Source: Catajapyx aquilonaris (lineage: Eukaryota). From it: a stretch of 45,015 bases of DNA. The stretch is taken from the NCBI GenBank assembly GCA_000934665.2, contig KZ538842.1:1-45015 (forward strand), read 5' to 3'. Positions 12,279 through 25,852 of this stretch are shown here, piece after piece. How positions within the stretch are numbered: position 1 is the first letter of the stretch; every line of letters starts with the position of its first letter. Below the pieces are notes generated by a model, which saw only the letters and a list, made by a program, of their open reading frames with translations, was not told where the DNA came from and did not search any database. A program made the translations under genes and the position numbers.

Positions 12279-13296
12279 ATAGCCTGATCATTATTAAATG
12301 CCTATTTTCGCAAACAAGGTTGGAGCAAAAAAAAAAAAAAAAACTGGGCCCCATTTACCAGTGCTCTAAATATTTGCATTTAAAAACTGACCTTTCCCAT
12401 CACTTCCTACAGCTCTTTAAGTTATAAAAAATTGCAAATGTAATATTTCGACCCATGTAATCTGTATCTCAGTGGATTCTCAGTTGAACCTCTAGCTATA
12501 ACGCTTTTTCATTCATACTATTATGTAAGCTATAGTAGGCTACATTCCCCCCGAAAAACTGACATGTCGAAGGAAAGTAGGCGTATCAGAGATTTCCATC
12601 CTTATTTGCTAGCATTCTTTCTTATTAGTTAGATGAGCACCCGAAATTCTTTGGCTATGAGACGGAAAACATGTTTGGCGTGACGTCTATTGTGACATGT
12701 GGCGACGGCATTGACAGAATGCCTACACAGAAATGTCCGCAATGCAAAGGAGAAACCTCCCATCCTACGTAAACACCATTTAAAAATGTTGATGAGGGAG
12801 AGAGGAGAGGGATAATATTCAAGTATGTTGAGAGCTTATAGAAAAATGAAAGTTATGCATCATCGCAATGCTGTATAATTATGCCTGAATTAAGCACGGA
12901 CTACACCGGACAACAAGATTGGGAAGTGATTCGCTAACGTGACTTCCCAGTGAATTTCTTCATAATTATCGCAATTTTTCCTACTTTTATTTACGAATAA
13001 ATATCACAAAAGGACAACAGCCTGCCTTCTGTAATAAAAAGGGTGAGTACCGGAACATTATTGCGCCACGTCGTAATGCATGAAGATACTTCCAACCCGC
13101 TATAAAATATGATCGCCCGAGGCCCGACAACAGTACCCGAAGTCCTTACGTTGGCCATTCGTCGGCGGACTTACGGTGCGACGATTGTTCCGTTTTCCCC
13201 AAGTCTTTCGAGCACCTGGAGGCGGTCAACTTCAAGGCCAGAATCGCCGACCAGAAGAGTCCTTTTCAATCTCCGCACCATCTTACCCACCCCCCG

Positions 13297-13326
13297 AAGA
13301 AGAAGAAGAAGAAGAAGAAGAAGAAA
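13297..13326. repeat. (GAA)n microsatellite
   Basis: About 10 GAA units. Confidence 0.95.
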
Positions 13327-16300
13327 GCTTGAAAGGCACTCACCCCCACCCTTACCCCACCTGAGTCCCCTTACCCCCATGGCCACCCCATCCAACCTCC
13401 ACTCCACCTGCAAATCATCCGCCACATTCCGCACCCGGCTTCTGGAATTACGCCCCGCCGCCCTGCATACCAAGCACCCACAACGTTGCCAATGCTTACC
13501 CCTACCAATTGTGGGTGTGGAATGCACACATGCTGATAGTTTGGAAAATGCTAATATTTTGGGCTTTAATTTTTTAAATTTTTTATTTTTGCGAGCGTAA
13601 TCACCAGTTTGGAATTTTTATATGCTAGTTCAGTATTGACCACTTCCTGAACTTGTACTTGTTGATACTTCAAATGTAATTTTTTTTTTAAATGCAGGAA
13701 TTAAATGTGCACTGAAGCAGTGGCCCTGAAAAATCAAAACGTAACTAGTGTGAATGGGTTTACATAAGGGCACAATCTGCTGAAATGTTTCACACAAAAT
13801 TTTGTCAATGCAAATGACGCCCCCATACATTTAACATGTTTATATTTGGCTTCAATTTTCTGCCAATATTATATTGAAAAACATGATTGGCGTAATAAGA
13901 CAAGCTGACACAGGTTCCCAGCTTATATTGAAAATATTAGATAAAAAAATTATACCGCTTATCTTATGAGGTCATCTGACAACCCCTATTTTCAACGTTG
14001 GATTTTCACCTGTCAGCGTAAGTCGGGCACTAACTACTAATCTGGCTCGGGTTATCATTTGCGTGCTGACCTTCTATTACAAGTACACCCAATAACTTAT
14101 TCCTGTTGATCACATACTACCGGTAGACTTTACAACGAGTTTCTAGTGACGTGTCACTTATTCCAGAAGCGATGTTACAGCTACTGCCTGATTTATATTA
14201 CTGTACAAATTCAATACACTTCGGTAGCTTTCTCATACAGATGGAGAACGTATAGCTTATCAAATTAGGGCAAGTCAAACTGGCTCAACTTCACGTAGCA
14301 GGCCGCATGACGTCAGGATTAACCCCAGCATTTCCCTCTGTGGGAAACGCTCATGGAACACTGTATCACGAGACAATCCTTTCAAAGATTAAGCACGAAC
14401 CAGTTATTATTCATTCAAGACAACTACATACACTGCATGTTTAATCTCTCATCCGATATTAGCTTTGAGTTCTGATTATTTTATATAGAAAAATTGCGGC
14501 GACTAAATTCCCGTGTACTGTAAACACCAATGTCCCTGAAAGATGAGCGACTCTTCCGGGTGGCCAATACACTGCCATACCGTACTCATCATGTTCGCCA
14601 CAAGGAAGTGGGCCATCAGCAAAACCGAACTTGAGGAGCCCCACCTCCCATAAACTCCAGGTAAATGTTCCTACATACCGTAGGCAGACTGTCCTCCAGC
14701 TGCATGGCTGAGGCAGCTGCAGCTGCTGCCACAAGAAGCCAGTCTTTCCCGAAGAAAATGTGCGCCCAACTGCTCTCTCACCTCATCTTTCCCTGGCCCT
14801 CTGGCTCGCTTTGCTTGCTAGGTTACCTGCCTCAGCGGCCACTTCACCACATTCCCAAAACTCCATGCGTAGTTGCCAACTTTTTTATCAGCCTCGTTAC
14901 GCCTGGTATTGCGTGCTGTACACAATACATACCCCCCCTTTTTGTTTCCAAAGATTGTCTCCGGGCCGGTCATTTTACGGCTCATTGTTTGGTCGAGATT
15001 GCTTAATTGCCTGGCACTATGGATGTCCATTCCTTTGGGAAAAAAAATTGTCAGTGTATCAGGCGGTACAAAAATGTAGAGTAATCAGCACCAGTCACCG
15101 ACGTATTGTCATGGTTGATCCCACCTCAGCAATTAGTTTATGGCCTTTTATGGTCGAGGTGCACAACCGCAAAGGGGATGCCGCCCTTCCAGCTGACATA
15201 ATCGGCATTCCTGGTCCCGCGTGACCAAAAAAGACGGCAACGTGGACAAGCACGTGGTAAGCGCCCCCCCCCCCCNCCCCTCCTCCTCCTCATGATCCAT
15301 CGCCCCACCTTTTACCCCAGAACCCAAAAGCTGGAACCGCCGACCCCGGGCTCAAGGAACCTACCCGGCCCCAGCCTGCGGCGCCTCTTTCCTACCTCAT
15401 ACCTCACTGACTGGAATGTGCCGCGCTAATGCTGCATTGCCACATATCGCCACTAGTGGTCAATGATATTTTATTCCAGGGGGAAGGTGGGGAGGTGGGG
15501 GGTCCGGGTATGGTCGAGGAGTTGCAGTTGTGGTCCTGGAATAGCATTGTGGTACTCACTTGGCAGCCTCCGAGGGATGACCGTCTCCAGGTCATACTCT
15601 TCCGCCTCATCCGGGTTCACCTGTCAACAATGGACCACATCATGTTCAGAGCCGTTTTTCATGCCGTAATAAGCGTGCCACGCCGTACATATCAACGTTT
15701 CGGTGTGGCCTAACGTATCGGACAATACGCATAGATTATGTTACGGATGGGGGTTTGATGTCAGAAGGGTGGTATTGCATTCCAAAAGCGTTAGTATGGG
15801 CAAGTAATGTGGAAAAAACATGCGCATGGAATTAATCTGGCGTCAACTATGCACACAATGTGTTTGTGTCATACATATTCCATAATTATTTTCATCAACA
15901 ATATTTGAGGCGTTTGGTATGGTGTCAAGTGGAGTGACTATGTCATTGTTTGTGGTCAACACATTTCCTCACTCGTTACGTGCGACCGAGAAAAACAAGG
16001 CTTTACATATTTCGCTAGTGTCATGAATTTTTTGAAAATAATGTAAGAAGCCATGTAATCTTATATATTTTCAAACCCTCACACCAGTAAAATGTAACTG
16101 ATTTCGATCTACTTCGTACCAGATCTGTAAGATGTCTCAGCCCGCCTTGATCGTAAAAGTCACAATTGAAAATTTATATTCTAATACTTTTTATTGTTCT
16201 TCAATGTATTATTTGTATCATAAAACAAATCCTGGTGAGAACTTTCAGATAAATTACACATTAGAAATTAATTCCAATGATATCACAATTAAAACACAAA

Positions 16301-16485
16301 TAAACTACAAATTCGCAATTATGTATAATTTTGTCCTGCTTATCGTCATTGCACATTTACTACCCGAAAGTAGAATTGCAGTTTATAATAAATACCCACA
16401 CGTTAGCGAACCGCGCGTGAAACATTCGTCACATGCAAATATATCCTCACACATGTGTGAAATTGTAGTTGTTATACTGTATTAA

Positions 16486-16759
16486 CCCTTAACTAGTGAC
16501 CTGGAAAATCCTAACACTCACGGTGACCTGGGGTGTCAGGGGATTTTTTAAATATAAATTGCATTTAATAATAAATATTTGCTTTTTTATTTTTTTACAC
16601 AACACCTGCAACTGTTTTCTACAATTTGGTTTAATTTTCAACTCTCCAGCTGCCGTAGAACGGAATTTAAAAAATCATATACCTAACTACAATTAAACAT
16701 TTTATAACAAAAAAAATTGCACCTGGGGTGTTGAAAGACCCCAGGTCACCAGTTAAGTG
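16486..16759. mobile_element. piggyBac-type MITE
   Basis: TTAA|cccttaactagtgacctgg ... ccaggtcaccagttaagtg|TTAA. Confidence 0.75.
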
Positions 16760-18775
16760 TTAACAATATTGTAAGTACAGTACCACAATACGCTAAGTAT
16801 ACGTATAAGGAATCATGTGGTACACTCTTATACATTTCAGTTTTTGATAACAATAATAAGTTAATTGAAGGGCGCAAATATTAATGCACCCGGTCAGCCA
16901 TGGCGAGTGTCACCTCCTTGGTCTATAGTCACCCCACTTTACACCTTACGGTACTTGTTTTCCTTGCACAAAACATTGAATGTGTCGTTTATTGGGCAAA
17001 GTTATATTAATGTTTCCGTTATCTTGGTATACCGTATGTTAAGTTCCAAATAATGCATAGTAATGCATGTATAGTCATGTAAATTTATCTGCGCATCAAT
17101 ACTTATTATCGCCAATATGCAAGACACAATGCAAGAATTGCCTTACCTTAACATCTGGCAGCTTCCTATTCATGCAGTGTGAGCAGTGCCCTTGGTCCAT
17201 ATTCTGCCTTGTGTTTTCATCCCTAAAAACAAAACGGGGCTATAAATCACGTGTTTATAACAGCTACTCCGTAATATATCGCGACCACAACATCAAATAA
17301 AATTGGCGGCAAGTTATAAAACTTGATTAGCAAATCCCGTACACTTGAGAATCAGTTTCCGTGACCTAGAAAAGGTCATATTCAGCCAACGACCATTTAC
17401 AAGAAACAAACGGTGAAAGCCTGCACCGCCAATGCTAAAGACGGTTGAAGACATTGGATAGGCAGATAAATGAGCCTGTAGTGTTGTGTACAGTACATAC
17501 CGGCTGAAAGGCTGCTATGCACTGCCGGCATGCGAATCTCCATGCAAGCTTCTTTGGCAACGCTGCCCACGCCCACCAGCCTCTTGCTTGCCCGCCTTTT
17601 CTTCCACCACCACCACCACCTCAGCACTAGCACCTGCAGCAACACTACCACTATAAGTCCTTCTGATCTTCCTTGTCTGCTGTTGCACACTTTTTCCCTT
17701 CCTCACCCCTGACCTGACATGGTTACACTAGGTGCCCACTTGGCGCGGGCTGCCACGCCACTGCTGACTGCCACAGTGCCACTGCCCGCACATTCAACCT
17801 GGACCGACCTGGACAGTTCGTTTCCTTCTGCCACTCTGGTGTCTTTTCTTCGAGGCTACAGGCTAGAGTGGAGATGAGAGTATCGATATATGATATCGAT
17901 GCGACGACGATATATCGATAAGTGTTCCCGGGATTTTTTTTCCTTCTTCTTTGGAAGCGGTGAGCTGAAGTGCTCTCAGGAGCAATTCTGTTTATGTCGG
18001 ATTATGTATTGTGACTATCTACATGGTGATCCTAAATACGTCCGACTAATATGGCTATTTGTTGGCACTAAGATGCTTATTTTGGCAGTTACTTTTGCAT
18101 AGTTTCTTTCAGTATTAGCCTGGTATTAGCCTACGCGGTATCAAAAGTATCCGCTACTAATATTTAAGTGTACCCATCATTTTTAAAGCCTGCAAATAAG
18201 GTCTGGCATGCGCAAATAATTGTAGTTCATGTCCAAAAATAAAATGAATGTCTTCTTTTTCCCACTACAGGCATGTGTACGTCAGAACTATTTCTGAATT
18301 GAATTTTCCATTCCACGTACCGTAAACTATTTCTACGACAGTTGCCTTCTCCAATACCAATAAAATTGTGATGCGTATAATTTTTATCAGCACCAGATGC
18401 AGAGTAGAAATATTATAAAATCGTACATGTAACTCAAAAATATGATTCGAAATTATGCAAAAATATTCTTGAAATATCTGAGTTTTTCAGTTGCAAATAA
18501 AATTACGCTTGCAATTCGAGTACTTGCGGTTCAAATGTTTTATAACAACGACGTCGAACATTTATGCTACAGCCAGCTCTCATAATTTTTAAGACGACGC
18601 AATGTTGCCTACTTTATACGGGATAACTTATGGGATACACTAAAAAAAACCAATGATATTGGGGAAGGCAACTTGTGTTACGTGGAAATTCAGGTTCAGA
18701 AAAGGTCTGATTACACAGACCTTGTTTAATGGGTTGTAGGAAATATAATTACACACTTTTTTTTGAACTGGAAAC

Positions 18776-19219
18776 TAGCTCCAGTCACCAATGAAGGTTT
18801 CAAGCAAAATTCAAGGGTCCAGTTATGTGATTTGACCATTGACACCGTTGTCGGGATTGTCCCGGGATTTTTTTACTTGTAGGCTATTAGACCAATGAGT
18901 ATGCTGGTGGCAGGATCACCCACTTGTAAACAACACACTGTATTGCAATATGTCTAGTGCGATAAGTGTGTGTAAGAACAAAGTACACTGTTCTACTGTA
19001 GCTCCAGTCACCAATGAAGGTTTCAAGCAAAATTCAAGGGTCCAGTTATGTGATTTGACCATTGACACCGTTGTCGGGATTGTCCCGGGATTTTTTTACT
19101 TGTAGGCTATTAGACCAATGAGTATGCTGGTGGCAGGATCACCCACTTGTAAACAACACACTGTATTGCAATATGTCTAGTGCGATAAGTGTGTGTAAGA
19201 ACAAAGTACACTGTTCTAC
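18776..19219. repeat. Direct tandem duplication, two 221-bp copies separated by 2 nt
   Basis: 18776-18996 matches 18999-19219 (tagctccagtcaccaatg...gtacactgttctac); no differences seen by eye. Confidence 0.95.
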
Positions 19220-19321
19220 ATTAAAGACACACATTTTATGTTATTAAATTTATTTAACTTTTATCAAAATACATTATTAGATTATCAGCAGTCACAAGCT
19301 CACAGCACTTGTGGAAGGCCT

Positions 19322-19679
19322 ATTTTTTTAAAAAATGTTAAAAACCCTGTGATAGGGCCATGGGCACTCTTACGGGGGTGGAACACCAACATATTTCCGT
19401 TCAGTTTTTCTGAGATTTTCTTGGAACACCATGCAGGGATGAAAGGATATAGGGTAGGGATGGGGATTTCTGGGGAGGGGACACAGGTGAGGTGCAATGT
19501 CGTTGCTGTGGGCCATGTGCAGTCCCCCAGGAGGTTAGGTTGCCATACACCTCCAAGGTGCAGGTGAGAGACCCTCCCGACACAGGTGAAAGGGAACTCC
19601 CAGGTGGGGATCGAACCTGGGCCCTTTCACTCAGCAAGCCGAGACTTTACCATCTCGGCTACCACCACCACACCTCCCC
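19322..19679 (-). mobile_element. tRNA-derived SINE, family B copy 2
   Basis: Homology to 11958-12278; flanking tgtggaagRcc duplication. Confidence 0.85.
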
Positions 19680-19700
19680 TGTGGAAGACCATTTGAGGTA

Positions 19701-20308
19701 CCGTCAAACGGGGTGAACTTGGTCCAAAATTTCCATTTTACGAAGATATAAGTGTGAAGATATTAACCCACAATTATGAAATTTTTTATTAGGTGTTAGA
19801 CCATGCTGGCCAAAAGGGCGAGTACAAATAAATTTTTTCTGTGCACAATGGTGCGTAGGAAAATTTACGACGTCATGCCCAAGTACCCCAACCAGTGGGG
19901 GTGGACTTGGTCATCTCATTTTCCCCATTACAAATGCACTGTGAGAAACTGTTAGGAATTTTTAAATGTGTATTTAAGGAACGATATTCCTACGCTGTAA
20001 TACATATTACCACAACTGGAAAGGTTCACCTTCGTCTATTAAAAATGGACAATACCCTTGCTTCTCAATCTCTTGATTTGCAAAATAAAGTTTGCACACT
20101 ATGAAAATTGGGTGGTTTCACAGGGTGGACTTTAACATTTATTTCCTTGCTCACCTATGGCGGCACAGGTGAATTTTTTGGTGTACAACATGGTAAGCGC
20201 TGCCGTAATTGCATGATGTGATTGAAAGTTTCATTTTTATAGCAAATGTTACCTTTTTGGAATTGCGGCCAAGTTCACCCTGGCGGCCAAAGTCACCCCG
20301 TTTGACGG
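19701..20308. mobile_element. Tc1/mariner(pogo)-type non-autonomous element
   Basis: TA|ccgtcaaacggggtgaactt ... aagtcaccccgtttgacgg|TA. Confidence 0.85.
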
Positions 20309-21168
20309 TATTGAAAACACATCTCTTCCATAAAATTATAAGCAAAAAATTAACATTAATTACCAACAAACGGGTGAATTTGGTCCAAAATTTCCGTTTT
20401 ACGAAGATATAATAAGTATGAAGATACACAACTGTGAAATTTTTAATTAGGCATTGGACAATGCAGGCCAATATGGCGAGTATAAAAATATTTTTTCCGT
20501 GCACAATACTATGTAGGAAAAATGAATGATGATGAAAAATGATGATGTCCATGGGGAGACTTGGCCATCTAATTTTCCCATTATAAATGCACTGCTCTGT
20601 GAAGGAAAATACTGTAATGGGTTAACATGGCCCTTGCTGCCACATGGGACAACTTTGCCACTCCTCCTAATATGTGCTACCCATAGGGGAGGGACCAAAC
20701 CTTACCAGAAGCATAGAATCTTTGAAATGTGAACTTGGCCACTCAAAGGAGACTCGGGGGTGAACTTGGCCACCTGTTTTGAAACACAAGAAATGCTTAA
20801 TTTGATGGTAGATAAGTGGTTCAGGATATTACAAGTGATAGGCTATTTATTCTGCAGTAGCAGAGGAGCTCGTTCTTCACATGGCCTGTTTCCATGGTAA
20901 TGTAATCAACAACAATCAATCATTGCTGATGCAATGGAAACCTGTTGCCATGATAACCCATTGCTGGAGTAATAATAGTTAAAAAAATATTGATTCACTT
21001 TCGGCACTTACAAGTTAGTTTTGCCCACACTGCCGGACATTACATGGTCACACCTACTGGATCAAGAAACCTGACCCGATAATATGTTACTGTCCCAAAT
21101 CATAACAGAGGTAGATAGGACTCATACCATATCATCTCATGTCCAAGAAACATCATACACATACTATA

Positions 21169-21933
21169 CAGTAAAACCTGTCTATGCTGGACATGATGGT
21201 TCCAAGGAAATTGTCCAACATATTAGGATTTCAATCTCTCGGGTTTCATAATGAGCACAGTAATGTACGAGTAAGTACTGTACAGTAATCAACTTTCAAT
21301 GCACGTTTTCTTATTTTCGATACAGTACAGCACAGTGTAAATGAAATTTCTGAAACGGGACTACTTTTTGGTTTATAAATCTGTAACTCAGAGAAATTTG
21401 GGTTTTCTTTTGGGAAGCAAAATAATGTCGCCAATAGTAAGAGAGGCATGCCAAAGCATAACTTTCAAATTTTTTAATGCACTCAAGGGGCATCCCGATG
21501 AAAAGATGGTTTATTAACGTCCTAACCAGGTTTTATATAGTGTATTCATCTTCTGAAGATTTACTTTGTGTATCCTGCAACACCTGCTCCAGCATCTCAT
21601 CTGCATTGCCACCATATTCATCCTCCGTTGTCAGGATGCTGTTGTCATACAGTTGACAATGTCACTTGAAGACATGCTTCTCAAATTATGTATGCAGAGC
21701 TCAGCATGGTTCAGGTTTTTAGAAAAAAAATGGGAATACACGTAGAGTAAATGTGAAAATTGTACTGCACGTGTCCAACTTAAGAGGGGGGAAAAGTGTC
21801 CAACTTCCAAGATAGACAGGTGTCCAACTAAGCAACATTGCCAGGAATAGGCTTTTCCAACCGTTCCAAAAATAATGTCCAACATAGGGAGATGGCCAAC
21901 TTATTAAGTTGTCCAACTTGACAGATTTTACTG
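21169..21933. mobile_element. Tigger/pogo-type non-autonomous element
   Basis: TA|cagtaaaacctgtctatgctggaca ... tgtccaacttgacagattttactg|TA; subterminal tgtccaac repeats. Confidence 0.75.
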
Positions 21934-21965
21934 TACCACTGAGATAAGATCAGCGTGAGTGGGTA

Positions 21966-22083
21966 CTATCAGTCCAACAAGAATTGTCGCAGCGGCAGCG
22001 CACGAACTACAATCTACGAGCACAGGGACACGAGAGACTGTAGTTCGTGCGCTGCCGCTGCGACAATTCTTGCTGGACAGCAG
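21966..22083. repeat. Short palindromic element (~45-bp arms)
   Basis: gtccaacaagaattgtcgcagcggcagcgcacgaactaca ... tgtagttcgtgcgctgccgctgcgacaattcttgctggac. Confidence 0.9.
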
Positions 22084-22188
22084 GTACTATATCGCTCAAA
22101 AGATAGAGACGATTGGCATTTGATTCAAGTGCAAGTTGCACTTGAGTCAAATGCAAAATCGTCTCTATCTTTTTGGGCGATATAGTAC
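22084..22188. repeat. Near-perfect ~105-bp palindrome with essentially no spacer
   Basis: gtactatatcgctcaaaagatagagacgatt...caagtgcaa-g-ttgcacttg...aatcgtctctatctttttgggcgatatagtac. Confidence 0.9.
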
Positions 22189-23689
22189 ATACATGCGGCC
22201 AGGTTCACCCCGTCTGACACCTCGACCGAGAAACGAGTTCTGCTAGGAATGTTTAAATGAGTTTTTAAGGAACGGCATATGTAAGCTGTAATAAATATTA
22301 ACACCACTGGAAAGGCTCACCTTCATATCCTAAAAATGGACAAGACACTTGCTTCACAATTTCTTGATTTGCAAAATAAAGTTTGCGCACTATGATTTGG
22401 ATGGTTTCATGGGGTAATGTCATGGCGTCATTGAAAGCCTCAGTTTTATGATACATGTTACCTTAAATATTCATTAATTACATTTTTGGAATTGTGGCCA
22501 AGTTCACTCGGCCGTCACCCCATTTGACAGTATTTCTTAATGCCTTGCTCAACTTTCTGAAATATGAATCTCATATTAGCACAACCCAGCCCAGCCAGCT
22601 AGGAGGAGGCATTCAGATTGGTGTGTGGGGCTTCACTTCTACTGCACGATCGCCACAACTGACAAGGGAAGGCCGTGAAGTTGGCACTAACGGATTTGGG
22701 CAAAAATCGCTCAGTGAGTAAATCACATGCGTAGAATTCACTGGTGAACGTAAAAACATGCAATGCGCAGCCAGTTTCGAGATATGAGTGACGTCAGATC
22801 GGGCGCTCTCTATAGTGTATCCGCTTGCTCCCTTTTTAGATTTTTTATAATCGGAAAAAAAGTCTTATAGAATGGCTCTGTCTGTCTGTCCGTCCTTCCG
22901 TCATTCAGCGTTGCCTTATTTTTCCTTCAAAAACTCTAAAATTACCCATGAAAACGTTTTGGAGTTGAAGCTAATTATTATTATTAGCATCATTTAGCTG
23001 CACTACAGTGAAAAACAAGGCATAACCAAGTACGTAATTTGCAAGAGCCCCAAGATATGGCAGCCATCTCTGATATAGATAACAGCAATTAACTTAATGG
23101 TGTAATTTCTAAATTTCGCTAGTTACTTCCTAAATTGTAATGACTGGTCAGGAATTTCTTGACACTCATTGGGCCAATAGTGAACGACTATGAAACACGG
23201 ATGTAGCATTTCTGGACTTTGAATTTGGTGCGTTACAGATGATTAATTGGAGGAAGTCATGAAAAAATGCAATAGATGTTGCCCTATGGCACTGAGTCAA
23301 ATGTTGGCTTTGGGGAAGCTGGCCAGGAGGAAAAAAAGACAGCTGGCTCATCGACATGTGGCCGATGACTAGGGTTGTAAACATAATTAAACCCCACTGG
23401 GAAAAATTCCTTATGGCGGTAACGAAAGGGTTAAAAACGCCCATTGGACAGTTGGTACGTATTTACAGTGTGCCAGGAGATTTTGTCATGACTTCCTCTC
23501 CTGAAAAGTAACATGGTTTCTGTGTGGGATTTTCACTTCTCAGGCTGGGGTGTACATGAATCGCTGACAAAGTGGGCATGGAAGACACTGCTGGTAGCAG
23601 TGGTAGGGTAAAAATTCCTAGCCATGGCCCCTGGACTCCTAGAGTAAAAGAGACCACCCAACATGCTGTTGGAGGACTTTAAATCGGGG

Positions 23690-23725
23690 NNNNNNNNNNN
23701 NNNNNNNNNNNNNNNNNNNNNNNNN

Positions 23726-23763
<38 letters not shown>

Positions 23764-23790
23764 GGGAGAGAGAGGGAGTGAGAGAGAGAA
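23690..23790. repeat. Assembly gap (N run) followed by (GA)n microsatellite
   Basis: N at 23690-23725, then gagaga... Confidence 0.95.
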
Positions 23791-23961
23791 GATGCTGGAG
23801 ACAATAGTAACTCGTTGTAACCACTGAAAAAATTTGACTTTTGATCCTGCGGTGATGTGTGACTTTTTTTTAGGCCAGTAAATGAAGTTATCTTGGTAGT
23901 TATGCTGTCTCTTCTTAGGATGGGTTTGGACTTGTATCCTGAACTGTGCATGTGTAGGGTA

Positions 23962-24174
23962 CAGTCGGCTAAAGGAGTATGTTACCAGACCCCTAACCTA
24001 GAAATTAGCCTCCAACAGAGGTGCTGCCTAGGGGAGTGAGATTTATTGTATCAGGGGGAAGCAGCACCTCTGTTCTTCCCCCTGATACAATAAATCTCAC
24101 TCCCCTAGGCAGCACCTCTGTTGGAGGCTAATTTCTAGGTTAGGGGTCTGGTAACATACTCCTTTAACTGACTG
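23962..24174. mobile_element. Tc1/mariner-type palindromic MITE, 100-bp arms
   Basis: TA|cagtcggctaaaggagtatgttaccagacccc ... ggggtctggtaacatactcctttaactgactg|TA; 13-nt spacer. Confidence 0.9.
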
Positions 24175-24354
24175 TACACATCTGTATCACAGAAGCTACC
24201 AATAACAAAAGCCAACCATCTGGGAGGCACAAAGCATGACACATCTACTGTACTTATAATTGACCATGCCAAAACACACAAGGGTGATATAAATCAATTC
24301 AAATTACATTGGGGTTTTCCTCAGTCTTTACATCTTTCATGCAACCCATACACA

Positions 24355-24570
24355 TAATAATAAGTCATACCCCGTTATCAGCAGCCATTGGCTCTTTAGG
24401 GGGGAAGTTTGTTTTGCCTGGAACTCTTTGCTTTCATTTTACTTTGCTCTTTGGGATAGGATAGGGACGGAAGGAAGCGGCTGTGGCCTACCACGGTCAG
24501 AGTTGCCGGCCCCAGGATTTGATCCCAGGACCTCCCGATTAGCAGTCGGACACCATATCCCCTCCTCCAA
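24355..24570 (-). mobile_element. tRNA-derived SINE (degenerate head) with the shared structured 3' tail
   Basis: Minus strand gggatcaaatcc B-box-like; tail cccccctaaagagccaatggctgctgataacggggta + (TTA)n, nearly identical to 37730-37850. Confidence 0.7.
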
Positions 24571-25599
24571 ACTTCTTCGGTTCATGCAACCCAAACACAA
24601 CCATGCTTTCCACAGAAAAACTGATCTTCAGATATATGATTGAAACCATGTAATTCTCTGAACGAATACTTGCATTTTTCAGGCTGTTAAAAATCCCCCC
24701 CCTGGCCACTACAGCCATCTTATTGGTTTTTATAGGCTCCTTACCAGTTTTCTCAAATCCAGTATACAACAAGTCCCCAGTTTATGAACAACCCGACTTA
24801 TGACATTTCTTACTCACGAACGGGCTCCCTCAAGTCTAATTTAAAATTATATCTCCACTCTCAATGACTTCTGCATATGCTGACTGACAACAAGTTCGGC
24901 ATAAATGCTGTTGTTGGAAACCAGTGTCATTGTGTTATTCATGGAAGGTCAAATGGGGGATAGGTTCAAAGTGGGCTATGTTAGGTGGAAGTTAATTATT
25001 AATTTGGAAATAATTATGTTGAATTATGTTTAAAACAAATTGTTAACAGTTTTTATGTCCTTATGACCCCATATATTTGATATATTCAAGTCGTAAGACA
25101 AATAAAAAAAACCAGTCTATCCTATTTTCTTTTTTACTCTTCGTTTCTGTCTCCATCTGTCCCACCTTTAGTCTTCTAATAGCCAGATAGCCACAGTTGC
25201 TTTGGCTCCTTCTTATTACACCTAAACCTAATAAACCTATACACATTTGCAAAATCACTGACTCAGTGAATCCTGATAATCATTCTACCTAATATTTCAC
25301 CAAGGTGTCTGTCTTCGACCTAGTAGTTGACGCCCCTTCCGCTACGTGCCGCTTCTCCCCACCACCTTCAGTACCCATCCTTTGCAAGTTCCGCATAGTA
25401 CCACTTCGCGCCGCATACGTGCTTACCACCCTGGCCCCGCCTTCCACCTTCACCCCCAGCGTGGCCTCAGCCTTCACCCCCCTCCAACCTCTCACTTGTC
25501 ACCCGACACCACCACCCTGTACCGGGAGGGACTCCATGAGTCACTTCCAGAGTCACTTCCCTCTCCACTTCATGTAGTCCAGTTCATAAACAGCCTAAC

Positions 25600-25852
25600 A
25601 GGCGGCACGGTGGCAGAGTGGTTAGCGCCACAGCCTTCCACCTCCAAGGTCCCGAGTTCGATCCCCAGAGCGGGCAGAGGATACTTATGTGGATAGAGTT
25701 TTGATGGGTTCTCTCTGTGTTCGAATGGGTTTTCTCGGGGTTCTCCCATTTCCTCCCGCAATCAAAATCCATTACAGCGCAGGCAATGATTCAAGATGGT
25801 CAATTAATAGATGATCCCCTAAAAAGCCCAAGGAGGCTTATCACGAGGTATC

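Larger units (their letters stand above)
20363..22530. mobile_element. Second, diverged copy of the 19701-20308 family, interrupted by ~1.7 kb of other sequence
   Basis: 20363-20600 matches 19701-19940; 22240-22530 matches 19950-20308 and ends gtcaccccatttgacag|TA. Confidence 0.7.

Noticed and set aside
13175..13281. Minus-strand ATG-initiated segment (MVRRLKRTLL...) ending at a strong GTAAGT donor, as a first coding exon of the ankyrin gene
   Set aside because: Its phase (2) fits neither candidate acceptor near 8620 (phase 1) nor 8440 (phase 0), and I recognise no homology. It could still be a non-coding exon
14460..15720. GC-richer block with many overlapping short ORFs
   Set aside because: No frame stays open and I recognise no motif; probably a decayed TE, but I cannot support a call
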